Assembly: GCA_934777505.1 (NCBI GenBank)
Contig: CAKVNM010000004.1
Coordinates: 81,342 to 145,341, forward strand
DNA from: an uncultured Clostridia bacterium
Lineage (GTDB): Bacteria; Bacillota; Clostridia; Christensenellales; UBA1242
Reading direction: 5' to 3'
Length of the DNA: 64,000 nucleotides
The translations under genes were made by a program, and so were the position numbers. Below the pieces are notes generated by a model. The model was not told where the DNA came from. It did not search any database and was given only the letters and a program-made list of their open reading frames with translations. This document shows, piece by piece, positions 39,562 to 48,877 of this stretch (position 1 is the stretch's first letter; the number at the start of each line of letters is the position of its first letter).

Positions 39562-41565
39562 ATGAAAATTTTATCACCTGCTGGGAATTTGGAAAGTCTA
39601 AAAGTTGCAATTTTTAACGGTGCAGACGAAGTATATCTTGGTATAAATAGTTTTAATGCTCGAAATAATATTGACGGTTTTAATATGGAAAGTTTGAAAC
39701 AAGCCGTCATTTTTGCTCATATTTATAATGTAAAAGTAAATCTTGCAATCAACATTTTGTTCACGGACGATGAGTTAAAGAGTGCGTTAAAAACAGTGGT
39801 GGACGCTTTTAATCTTGGCGTTGATAGTTTTATTATTCAGGATTTGGGGCTTGCATATTTGGTGCATAAGTACTATCCGCAAATCGAAATTCACGCTAGC
39901 ACGCAAATGGCTTTGCATAATCTTGAAGGCATACAAAACTTGAAAGATTTTGGCTTCAAACGATTTGTGCTTGCAAGGGAAACTCCGCTTGACGAAATCA
40001 AACGAATCAGGCAAAATATTACGGAAGAAATTGAATATTTTGTGCAAGGCGCTCTTTGCGTTTGTTTTTCTGGCAACTGCTATCTTAGTTCATATCTTTT
40101 TAATGCTAGCGGAAATCGTGGCAAGTGTAAGCAACTTTGCAGACTTCCATATTCGCTTCAAAAAGACGGCAAAACTTTGAAACATGGCTATTTACTCAGT
40201 GCAAAAGATTTTTGCATGATTGATAGGCTTGATGACCTAAAAAATAGCGGTATTGATGTTCTAAAAATCGAAGGCAGAGCAAGAAGACCATTCTATGTTG
40301 GCGTGGCAACAAAGCAATATTTTAACGCTCTAAACGGCAAAAAAGTCGATATGGACGACTTAAAACTTTCGTTCAACAGAGAATACACACAAGGCTATTT
40401 TAACGGTAATGGCGAGATTATTTCAAAGTATAACAACCATATTGGGATTAAGATTGGCAAGGTTTTAAAAGTTAACTTTGGCAAAAATTTTAATCAAGTT
40501 TTCTTTTCGTCCAACTATAATCTTTCGCCAAAATCCATTTTAAAATTGTTTGATAATGGCGTTGAGTTCACAACCCTTACTGCTTACGATTTGAAAAAAA
40601 TTGACAGCAAAACATATCTTACAACCACCACCCAAAAAATCAAACCTAATCTTGATGTGCATTTGATTGTTGATAGCGAAAAAGAAAATCAGGTGCTGTC
40701 ACTAGTAAAAAAACAAAAAATCAACATAGAGATTTTTGGAAAAGTTGGCGAGCCAATTCAAGCAAAAATCTTTGTTTGTAATAAAAATATTATCGTCAGT
40801 GGCGAAATCTTGATGCAGGCAAAAAGCCAGCCAATAAGTTTGGCGGATTTGGAAAGTTGCTTCAATAAAAACGAGTATTTTAGTCCAAATATTACTAGCA
40901 ATTTACAAAATGCATTCCTAACAAAAAAGCAACTCAATGATTTTAGACGAGCAGTGTATGAGCAGATTTTGTCAACAATTTTTGATGCTTACTCACACCA
41001 AGAAAAACTTGCCGAGTTTAAAGTAGACAAGAGCATAATCAAGTTTACTGATTTTGAATATGTTGAAAATATAAACGCCAAATTTAGCCATAAAAACATA
41101 ATTTATTCGCCAGAAACATATTCGCTTGAAGATATTAAAAACTTTATGCAAAAATGTTCTCAGCAAGGAAAAACGCCATATCTTGATTTGCCAAATTTTG
41201 CGCTAAAACAGGATATCGAACTTTTAAAACGCATTGTTAGCGAAACAAAAATTGCAATTGTTGCAAACAACTACTACGCTCTTGATTTTGACACCAGCAT
41301 TGTTATTGGACCAGCGCTCAATGTCTATAATCATGTTACGGCTAACTATTTTAACAAGCCAATAATCACCAGCGAGAGCGACATTTCGTCCCGCATCAAT
41401 TTTCCATATATGACGCTTCGCCACTGTCCGTTCAAAAATCATTTGAAGGCGAATTGTGCAAACTGCCCATATTCAAAAAATTACGCTCTAAAAATGGACA
41501 ACGGCAAGGAGTTTAAAATAAAACGCAAAAAACTTTCAACTTGCACTTTTTATTTGACTGACTAG
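39562..41565 (+). CDS. peptidase U32 family protein with C-terminal DUF3656-like extension
   Basis: MKILSPAGNLESLKVAIFNGADEVYLG, EIHASTQM and GNRGKCKQLCRLPY are U32 signatures. Confidence 0.85.
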   Translation: MKILSPAGNLESLKVAIFNGADEVYLGINSFNARNNIDGFNMESLKQAVIFAHIYNVKVNLAINILFTDDELKSALKTVVDAFNLGVDSFIIQDLGLAYLVHKYYPQIEIHASTQMALHNLEGIQNLKDFGFKRFVLARETPLDEIKRIRQNITEEIEYFVQGALCVCFSGNCYLSSYLFNASGNRGKCKQLCRLPYSLQKDGKTLKHGYLLSAKDFCMIDRLDDLKNSGIDVLKIEGRARRPFYVGVATKQYFNALNGKKVDMDDLKLSFNREYTQGYFNGNGEIISKYNNHIGIKIGKVLKVNFGKNFNQVFFSSNYNLSPKSILKLFDNGVEFTTLTAYDLKKIDSKTYLTTTTQKIKPNLDVHLIVDSEKENQVLSLVKKQKINIEIFGKVGEPIQAKIFVCNKNIIVSGEILMQAKSQPISLADLESCFNKNEYFSPNITSNLQNAFLTKKQLNDFRRAVYEQILSTIFDAYSHQEKLAEFKVDKSIIKFTDFEYVENINAKFSHKNIIYSPETYSLEDIKNFMQKCSQQGKTPYLDLPNFALKQDIELLKRIVSETKIAIVANNYYALDFDTSIVIGPALNVYNHVTANYFNKPIITSESDISSRINFPYMTLRHCPFKNHLKANCANCPYSKNYALKMDNGKEFKIKRKKLSTCTFYLTD

Positions 41566-41622
41566 CGAGTAACCAAAGAATAGGGCATAAAAAAAACTAC
41601 CAAGAATGGTAGTTTTTGTTTG

Positions 41623-42045
41623 TTATAGGCTTTTTAAAACTTCTTGAACATCACGCATATCGCACTTGCCAGCAAAGTTGGTTTTAAAGTGCTTCATAAC
41701 GCTTCCAATCGACTTGTCGTCAAGTTTTAGCATTTCGGCTTTGATTTCGTCCTTGCTCATCATGGCTGGCAAAAATTGTTCAACAGCAGATTTTTGTGCA
41801 AGAACATTTTGTTGTTCTTCGGTGTTGCCAACTTTTGCATAGTTTTCGGCTTCTTCAACAAGTTCCTTGATTGTTTTTTGCAAGATAGAAACAACATCGC
41901 TGTCTTGTGTTTCTTTGCCTTGTGCTTTGTTTTCAATGCTCAAAACCATGTATTTGTTGATGACTATGGATAGAGCAGTTCTTGTTTGTTGGTCATGATT
42001 TTTCATGGCAAGCATATTTGCTTTTTTGATTTCATCTATTAACAT
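41623..42045 (-). CDS. yqeY: GatB/YqeY domain protein
   Basis: Typical N-terminus (IKKANMLAMKNHDQQTRTALSIV) and size. Confidence 0.85.
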   Translation of the reverse strand: MLIDEIKKANMLAMKNHDQQTRTALSIVINKYMVLSIENKAQGKETQDSDVVSILQKTIKELVEEAENYAKVGNTEEQQNVLAQKSAVEQFLPAMMSKDEIKAEMLKLDDKSIGSVMKHFKTNFAGKCDMRDVQEVLKSL

Positions 42046-42152
42046 AAAAATTCTCCTTGTATATAAAAAATTTTAGCACCAACAAGTTTGACTTGTCAAG
42101 CGTTAGTGATTAATGTTGATGCACAAAAAAAGTGACAAATGTCACTTTTTGA

Positions 42153-42326
42153 TTACTTATTTCTTTTTCTTGCTTCTTCGGATTTTAGTTTTCTTCTAAC
42201 GCTTGGTTTTTCGTACGCTTCTTTCTTTCTCAAATCTCCAATGATGCCGTCTTTTTGACATTTTCTTTTAAATCTTTTGATAGCACTATCAACTGATTCG
42301 TTTTCGCCAACTCTTACTAGACTCAT
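42153..42326 (-). CDS. rpsU: 30S ribosomal protein S21
   Basis: [28 protein letters not shown]...[12 protein letters not shown] 42326 with AGGTGG RBS. Confidence 0.9.
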   Translation of the reverse strand: MSLVRVGENESVDSAIKRFKRKCQKDGIIGDLRKKEAYEKPSVRRKLKSEEARKRNK

Positions 42327-42751
42327 GTTTTCACCACCTTTCAAATAAATTCTTAGGTATTATACACAACTTTCAAGGGGAATGTCAATGCTTTTTGTTT
42401 AAAATTTGATTTGTTATTTTTTCTAATAGTAGTGCCTTAGATTATCAATTTTTGGCAGAATAAAAGTACACAAAAAATGGTAGTTGTTTCATTTTAAAAA
42501 CTTTGATTGGTTTTGTGTTAAATTTGTCGATTTTTTACTACTTTTAACACTAAAAATAGTATTTGTTCTAATCTTGAAAGTTATTGAATTTTTTGTGATT
42601 TTTATGCTCTGTTGCAAAATGTCATAATATAGAAATAGTTATATTATTTTAACTACTTTTGTTAGTAATATCTTTTTATATTTATTATATAGTATAATTT
42701 AGTCATGTGGTTTTAAGAAAAACAAACAGCCATTTTAAAGGAGAAAATATA

Positions 42752-43156
42752 ATGAGTAAAAACAACACCGCAAGAGCCTTAATCAAAGAACTTGCCAACC
42801 AAGCAAAACAAAGGCTTAAAAATTCAAACTATGGAACAAAGGAGGAAAATCTTTTAACAAAACGCATTATTGCTAGACGCAATCAAATTAGAGTTTTGAA
42901 CGGAATGGATTGTAGGAAAAACGATATCACAATCAAAATCATCAACGATAGCGTTAATGACGAAAACTTTAACAACAGAGTGTATGCGCTTTTGGACGAA
43001 GATGCTGATATTATCAACCCAATGAGCAAATTAATCGACCAAGTAAAATTTAATAATTTTAGCGAATTTGAACAAGAAAAATATATCTTGGATTTGTCCG
43101 CAAAGTATACCAAGGCAAGAGAACATTACCTAAAAGAACACGCCTTGGGTTTATAA
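42752..43156 (+). CDS. hypothetical protein (134 aa)
   Basis: ATG 42752 with AAAGGAG RBS, terminator after the stop. Confidence 0.5.
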   Translation: MSKNNTARALIKELANQAKQRLKNSNYGTKEENLLTKRIIARRNQIRVLNGMDCRKNDITIKIINDSVNDENFNNRVYALLDEDADIINPMSKLIDQVKFNNFSEFEQEKYILDLSAKYTKAREHYLKEHALGL

Positions 43157-43266
43157 AAAAATCAAGCCCGCCCATGCGGGTTTTTTGATGCAAAAATTAA
43201 ATTACAAAGCGTTTATTTACAGAATAGTGAATTGATTTTTGTCGAACTCTCATTGCAGGAGAGAAT

Positions 43267-43695
43267 ATGAATGACTTTCAAGAAAGATTGCAGGATTTGT
43301 TAGTTGAAAACGGACTAAGTAGGCTTCAACTGGCCAAAAAGATTAGCATATCTTTTGAAACTCTTAATGGTTACTTTAATAAAGATTTTTATCCCGAACT
43401 TTCTGTTGCAGTAAAGATTGCTAATTACTTTGATTGCTCTTTGCAATATTTCATGGGATTGACAGATGAGTATACAAATTTTGACAAAAACAATTTGACA
43501 TTTGCTCAAAATCTAAAAAATTTGATGACTGAAAACCATGTGTCTGCGGAAAGGCTCATGAAGTCGCTCAACATGAGTGAAGCCAATTATTATAGATGGA
43601 AAAATAACGCAAACAAACCAGCCATGGAGTCACTGATTGCCATTGCCAAATTTTTTGATGTTAGTCTTGATTATCTGGTAGGCAGGGGAGTGTAA
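43267..43695 (+). CDS. XRE family transcriptional regulator with two HTH_3 domains
   Basis: Two Cro/C1-type HTH repeats (GLSRLQLAKKISISFETLNGY and VSAERLMKSLNMSEANYYRW). Confidence 0.75.
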   Translation: MNDFQERLQDLLVENGLSRLQLAKKISISFETLNGYFNKDFYPELSVAVKIANYFDCSLQYFMGLTDEYTNFDKNNLTFAQNLKNLMTENHVSAERLMKSLNMSEANYYRWKNNANKPAMESLIAIAKFFDVSLDYLVGRGV

Positions 43696-43733
43696 TAAAT
43701 AAAAAAAATAAGACCTAGTTTTTAGGTCTTACA

Positions 43734-43754
43734 TGTGGTGCGGATGAAGGGACT
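43734..43754 (-). other. duplicated 3' end (21 nt) of tRNA-Leu plus its terminator; att-like scar
   Basis: TGGTGCGGATGAAGGGACTTG is identical to 44072-44092. The adjacent hairpin TAAGACCTA..TAGGTCTTA is also duplicated (43705-43733 versus 44047-44071). Confidence 0.6.
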
Positions 43755-44071
43755 TGCTCCGTGCGAAGACGAAGAAAACAATATTTTTAAGTTTGCTTTT
43801 TGTAGTTTACTTAGATTGGTGAAATAATATAATACAATGATTAGCGAAGCGGTACAGAAAACTCAAAAATAATACTGCAAACATAGTGTTTAATTAGCGA
43901 GTTGATAGATTTAAGTTGTTTTAGATTTTATAACAAAGCGCTACTTCGCACTATCACGCCGGCGCTAAAAAACGATAAAACATATCGTTTTTTTTAACGC
44001 TTAGTTCAAGTCCCGCAAGGTGTTGGGATATGCAATAAGCAAAAAAATAAGGCCTAATTTAGGTCTTATCT

Positions 44072-44154
44072 CTGGTGCGGATGAAGGGACTTGAACCCCC
44101 AAGGTTTCCCGCTAGATCCTAAGTCTAGTGCGTCTGCCAATTTCGCCACATCCG
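44072..44154 (-). tRNA. tRNA-Leu (anticodon TAG)
   Basis: Cloverleaf with long variable arm, anticodon loop CTTAGGA, CCA encoded. Confidence 0.95.
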
Positions 44155-44204
44155 CAAATTAAAAAAGTTCCGTTCCGTAAGTGGCGGATTAACGGAACTT
44201 TCTT

Positions 44205-44280
44205 TGGTGACCCATCGGGGATTCGAACCCCGGACAACCGGATTAAAAGTCAGGTGCTCTACCAACTGAGCTAATGAGTC
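44205..44280 (-). tRNA. tRNA-Lys (anticodon TTT)
   Basis: GACTCATTAGCTCAGTTGGTAGAGC..., anticodon loop CTTTTAA, CCA encoded. Confidence 0.95.
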
Positions 44281-44365
44281 ATAACCGACAACTCTATTAT
44301 TATATTGAAAAATAGTAGGGTTGTCAATATATTTTTAAAAGTTTTCAAACAAGCATAGTTTTCAC

Positions 44366-44440
44366 TGGTTGGGGTGGCAAGATTTGAACTTACGCGTGAG
44401 GGAGTCAAAGTCCCTTGCCTTACCGCTTGGCTACACCCCA
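44366..44440 (-). tRNA. tRNA-Gln (anticodon TTG)
   Basis: TGGGGTGTAGCCAAGCGGTAAGGC..., anticodon loop CTTTGAC, CCA encoded. Confidence 0.95.
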
Positions 44441-44457
44441 GTTTTGCTTGTTTGAAA

Positions 44458-44534
44458 TGGTGCGTTCGAAGAGATTCGAACTCCCGACCCTCGCCTTAGA
44501 AGGGCGATGCTCTATCCAACTGAGCTACGAACGC
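44458..44534 (-). tRNA. tRNA-Arg (anticodon TCT)
   Basis: GCGTTCGTAGCTCAGTTGGATAGAGC..., anticodon loop CTTCTAA, CCA encoded. Confidence 0.95.
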
Positions 44535-44538
44535 ACAT

Positions 44539-44612
44539 TGGAGCGGGTGATGGGAATCGGACCCACGCAGCCAGCTTGGAAGGCTGGAACTCTACCATTG
44601 AGCTACACCCGC
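44539..44612 (-). tRNA. tRNA-Gly (anticodon TCC)
   Basis: GCGGGTGTAGCTCAATGGTAGAGT..., anticodon loop CTTCCAA, CCA encoded. Confidence 0.95.
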
Positions 44613-44774
44613 AACTACATTAGATAATATCATAACTTTTGCACAATGTCAACAATTAATTAAAATAGTTTTCAAAAAATTTTGATATGTGCATTTCTTA
44701 AATCAAAATTGGGTATTGACAATTATTGCTTTGTGGGTTAAAATTGTTTTGACAAATCTAGGGAGAATTACATC

Positions 44775-45875
44775 ATGGAAAAAGAATCAATTTTTGTTGT
44801 TAACGAAGATGCTAAAACTTTAAATTCTACTATTTTTGAAGCCGAAGCAACTAGTGAACAAAAAGAGAACAAGACAACCGAATATTTTGACTCGTCAAGT
44901 AGTGCTGAAAATCGTCAAAAAGATGTTCAAAAAAGCAAGATGTCGCTTGACCAAGCACTTGAAAAATACTTTGAGCCAAGCGTTGCAAAATTAACTAAAA
45001 AATACAAGCAAGCAGAAACTTTGTGCGATGACATTATGTCTTCAATCGAAGTGTTCAAACCAAAAATGAAAGTTAGACTTTTGAAAATAATCGCAAAAGT
45101 GGCAGTGTCACTCGTTGGTGGATTCTTTCTCCACAGATTGCTTGTTCCAATGCTTGCAATCGTAAATCCAGCGCTTCAAATTGTAACACTACTTGGACTA
45201 TGTGCTGGCGTGTTTGGTGTTCTAGAAGGGGCACATATGAGCATTCGTGCTGTTAGGATTAAATCCAAACGCAAAAAAATGAAACAGCAAATTGAACAGT
45301 TAAAATCACAACTAGAAAGCGAGCAGGAGAGTGTTGCCAAAGTTGTTACAAGTATCAATTCACTTTCAAAACTAGCAACCATTACTGATGAGCAAAACCT
45401 AATCGACACAGGTTGCGTGCTAGCCGGTCTAAATCAAAAACTTGCTGGTGTAATCTCCAAGTTGTATAGCAATAGTCTTTCGGTCGAAATGATGGAAACA
45501 CTAAAAAAGTATGACGATATCACATATTGTCATCAAAATGTTCAGGCAATCCTAACAGATTTGAACACTTTTAGAACTCAACTAAAAAAACTCCCAACTT
45601 CCAAACTAAATATGCCAGATTTCTTTGCACAAAAGCATATTAATGTGATAGAATCATATCGTGAAACTTTAAGCCACTCACTAATAAACGCAATCATTCC
45701 ATTCACTCAGGTTATAAATGTTAACACAAAACGCATAACCGATTCGTTTGAAAAAAAACTTGCAGAAGCAAAACTTCGTGAAAAAACCGAACGAGAACTC
45801 AAACAAGAACGAGAAAATGAAACCTACAAAGAGTTCTTTAAGGAATTTGGAATTGACGCAAGTTTGTATGAATAA
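44775..45875 (+). CDS. hypothetical membrane protein with C-terminal coiled coil
   Basis: Acidic N-terminus, two or three TM helices (about aa 95-150), then coiled-coil and charged regions. GGGAG RBS. Confidence 0.5.
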   Translation: MEKESIFVVNEDAKTLNSTIFEAEATSEQKENKTTEYFDSSSSAENRQKDVQKSKMSLDQALEKYFEPSVAKLTKKYKQAETLCDDIMSSIEVFKPKMKVRLLKIIAKVAVSLVGGFFLHRLLVPMLAIVNPALQIVTLLGLCAGVFGVLEGAHMSIRAVRIKSKRKKMKQQIEQLKSQLESEQESVAKVVTSINSLSKLATITDEQNLIDTGCVLAGLNQKLAGVISKLYSNSLSVEMMETLKKYDDITYCHQNVQAILTDLNTFRTQLKKLPTSKLNMPDFFAQKHINVIESYRETLSHSLINAIIPFTQVINVNTKRITDSFEKKLAEAKLREKTERELKQERENETYKEFFKEFGIDASLYE

Positions 45876-45900
45876 GCCTAGTTTAACGCTAGGTTTGTAT

Positions 45901-45976
45901 GCTCTCGTCGTCTAGTGGCCTAGGACACTGGCCTCTCACGCCGGTAACACGGGTTCGAGTCCCGTCGAGAGTACCA
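45901..45976 (+). tRNA. tRNA-Glu (anticodon CTC)
   Basis: GCTCTCGTCGTCTAGTGGCCTAGGAC..., anticodon loop CTCTCAC, CCA encoded, followed by a terminator hairpin. Confidence 0.93.
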
Positions 45977-46645
45977 TCAGGACAGCATTTGCTGTCTTTT
46001 TTTGTTTTATAAATATAATCAAAATTGTCAGTAATTCCGCAGGTTTTAGCGTTTCCAACGGAATCACTGATAATTTTTTATTTGGTTAATATGGCGTCAA
46101 AAATGGTGTCAAAATGGTGTCAGGATTAATCCTGTATATAAAAAAGTTATAACAAGATTATAGTCTTTGATTACTTAAAATATTTTAGTTAAATTAAAAT
46201 TTTGATTTTGTGATTATTATTATATTTATATAACTAATTTATAGTTCATAGTTTAGCCAATTATCTGCTAAAAGAAGTTGTATTAATTTGTTAAAATATA
46301 TTAATTGCCTATATTTTACGATTAAGAAAATAGTAAATTGTGAATATTGCTTTATTTTAGTTATTGTTTTATAACCAAATAATAAATTTAATTTGCTTTT
46401 GCTGTAAAGTTAAAAGTATTTTATAAAAAAAGAAAAATAAGATTTTCAATAAAATGATTGCAATTTAATCAGTCCTTATTAAGGGCTATTTTTGCATTTA
46501 GGAAATGTTTAAGCGATGTTTCCGTAAAGATTAGTAGCAATTAGCACTGATTAGTAAAACTTAGAAAGCATTAGAAATTGTTGGAATTATAATCAAATTT
46601 GAAAGGAGGTAAAAAAAGTCGAAATTAAGATTTAAGGAGAAAATT

Positions 46646-47278
46646 ATGGACAGTGAATTTTTATTAAACTTAAAAGAAATTTCTATTGAATCGATTATTA
46701 TTGCAGGAATTGTTTTTGCTTTAACAATGTTAATCAAGTGGCCTATTAAAAAAGCAACTTCAAAACTACAAGAAAACAAGCGAAAAGCGGTTAACACGGT
46801 TATAGTGTTTATTCCAATTGTGCTGTCGTTTGCGTTAAGCGTTTTGTATTATGGCATATTTTTAAAACAATGGCTTTCAACCGAAATGCTAGACACAATG
46901 ACTAGTTCTTACTTTTTAGCGTTACTTGTGTATGCAATTTTTAGTAGGATTGTTGTGCTCATTAAGGGAGTTGGTGGTAAGACAGCAGACGAAAATTTTA
47001 GCAAAGAAACGATAAGTTATATCAAGCAAAATATCAAAACGATTTCTAAAACACTCAAAACTGATGAAACCAAACTTGCGAAGATTGTTTCGCAGATAGA
47101 AAATTTGGTCAGTATTAGAAACGAAATTTGCAATAATTCGCTAATTCAAGATATTGCTGGAACTGAAAAATTAGACAACGATTTGCTTTGTTTATCGGCT
47201 CAGCAAACTCAACTTACGGCTGATATTGAGAAAAATCAGTTGGAGTTACAAAACTTAAAACAATCATTAAAACAATAA
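46646..47278 (+). CDS. membrane protein (3 TM) with C-terminal coiled coil, holin-like architecture
   Basis: Three hydrophobic helices in the first 120 aa, heptad-rich tail, AAGGAG RBS. Confidence 0.5.
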   Translation: MDSEFLLNLKEISIESIIIAGIVFALTMLIKWPIKKATSKLQENKRKAVNTVIVFIPIVLSFALSVLYYGIFLKQWLSTEMLDTMTSSYFLALLVYAIFSRIVVLIKGVGGKTADENFSKETISYIKQNIKTISKTLKTDETKLAKIVSQIENLVSIRNEICNNSLIQDIAGTEKLDNDLLCLSAQQTQLTADIEKNQLELQNLKQSLKQ

Positions 47279-47288
47279 GGAGAAAATT

Positions 47289-48323
47289 ATGGAAAAATGG
47301 GAAACAATTAGTAGTCAATATCCTATTGACGAAACAGAAATTTCAATCAAACAAAGTTATGTTAACAGAAAGCGTAACGAAACAAACAAAACAAGAAAAA
47401 TCATCACAATCAAAAATCAAACAGCAAATGTTCTTGATGTGGATATGGTCGAACCACCGCTCGAACAAGGGGAAATTGCAGGTGACGCCGTAACAGCGGA
47501 GATTATGCAAAATTTTGCCAAAGGTATTTCTCAGGCAATGAGTAACTGTAAAAAATCTTACAACATTTCAAAAGAAGCTTATAGTGGGGCATATTCTGCA
47601 TTCCAAACAGCCCAAACAGCACTTGCAAACAGCAATCACGCTGAAACTACCAGTGCTAACGCTTTAAGCGTTGCAAGCGATGCAAAAGCAGTTGCAGACA
47701 ATGCTCTTGTTCAAGTTATCGAAAACAAAGGTTCAGTTGTGTACGAAAACAACTCTCCGGTTGATATTTTTTATGCTGACAAAAAACTTAACAAACTAGC
47801 TTGCCAAGAACTAAAAGAATTGAACTTTGATACCGCTACAACTGTCAAAATTGGCTCTTTTGCTGTGAATAACACAAGTATTGTTGTTGATGTAACATCT
47901 ATTACTTCAAGCGTTGCAACGGGCAGACTCGTTATTGCTTGTGCAAATGGATTGATTACACAATCTGCTGTGTTTGGAGATGAGTCAAACAGTTTGACTC
48001 CACTATTCCGCATCAAAGCTTCATCGCAAGGAGATAATCTTGTAGATGTGTATTTCTTAGCACCAGCAATGAGTAGAGTGTTGTTTGAAGTTAAGTGTGC
48101 TAACCTAGTTACATTAACTAATAGTTTTCAAGTGCTAGACGCTTTGCCAGACAACGCAAGCATTACTCCAATTAATATGTTTGACCAAAGGTTAACAGAG
48201 TTAAAAAATTCTATTATCACTCTTACTTCACAAGTTCAAACACTTACAACAGAAATTCAAAACATGAAGACAGGTGTGAGCATATTTGAATGCCTTAAAG
48301 CAAACACTATCGACTTGGTTTAG
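47289..48323 (+). CDS. phage tail-fibre-like protein
   Basis: Ala/Ser/Thr/Asn-rich helical stretch (AFQTAQTALANSNHAETTSANALSVASDAKAVADNA), beta-rich middle, C-terminal coiled coil. AAGGAG RBS 11 nt after the previous stop. Confidence 0.5.
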   Translation: MEKWETISSQYPIDETEISIKQSYVNRKRNETNKTRKIITIKNQTANVLDVDMVEPPLEQGEIAGDAVTAEIMQNFAKGISQAMSNCKKSYNISKEAYSGAYSAFQTAQTALANSNHAETTSANALSVASDAKAVADNALVQVIENKGSVVYENNSPVDIFYADKKLNKLACQELKELNFDTATTVKIGSFAVNNTSIVVDVTSITSSVATGRLVIACANGLITQSAVFGDESNSLTPLFRIKASSQGDNLVDVYFLAPAMSRVLFEVKCANLVTLTNSFQVLDALPDNASITPINMFDQRLTELKNSIITLTSQVQTLTTEIQNMKTGVSIFECLKANTIDLV

Positions 48324-48332
48324 GTGGTGTGT

Positions 48333-48866
48333 ATGGCGGTAATATTTGATAATAAGTATCACAAGATTGTAAAAAATACTGTAAACTATACAACTCATGC
48401 AACCGAAATAGAAATGAAAGTCTATGCAAACAAAGAAAGTCGAGAAAGAGAAAAACTTTGTCAATCCAAAGCACAACAATTTGCAAAGAGCGCTCAGCAG
48501 TTTCTTGTTGACAATATGAACAACCTGATTGCAGAAACAAATAACATTCAGCCAATTATTACGATTGGCGACTCCGAGCAATTTTTTGCTATGCATCCAG
48601 AAATAAAACAAAAAGCGGACATGGTCGAAAAAATCCAACAAGAAGGCTTGTTTTTGATTGATAATGTTTTAAAAAGAGATATTGTCAAGTCTAATCTAAT
48701 GTTCCTGTCAAAATGGGAAGAACTAGGGTTAACCGATGATATTTGCAGAAAAATTGATGTGCTTGGAACTAGGACTATCACAGTTGATGAGATTGCACCA
48801 AACGATTTAACTAGCCTTTATAGTTTAATAAAAAAACAAATCGTGTCGGCAGTCATAGACTGCTAA
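48333..48866 (+). CDS. hypothetical protein (177 aa) in the tail-fibre-like operon
   Basis: ATG 48333 with AGGTGG RBS. Nearly abuts the stop of the preceding gene. Confidence 0.5.
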   Translation: MAVIFDNKYHKIVKNTVNYTTHATEIEMKVYANKESREREKLCQSKAQQFAKSAQQFLVDNMNNLIAETNNIQPIITIGDSEQFFAMHPEIKQKADMVEKIQQEGLFLIDNVLKRDIVKSNLMFLSKWEELGLTDDICRKIDVLGTRTITVDEIAPNDLTSLYSLIKKQIVSAVIDC

Positions 48867-48877
48867 GGAGGGAATAA

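Noticed and set aside
43755-44042. A tRNA-Leu gene carrying an intron, or a second tRNA between the duplicated 3' ends
   Set aside because: No matching 5' acceptor strand (GCGGATG-like), D-arm or anticodon stem can be assembled on either strand.
44415-44627. ORF 44415..44627 (+)
   Set aside because: It lies antisense across tRNA-Gln, tRNA-Arg and tRNA-Gly.
48228-48641. 137-aa and 82-aa minus-strand ORFs across the 47289/48333 gene junction
   Set aside because: They are antisense to two well-signalled plus-strand genes and lack RBSs.
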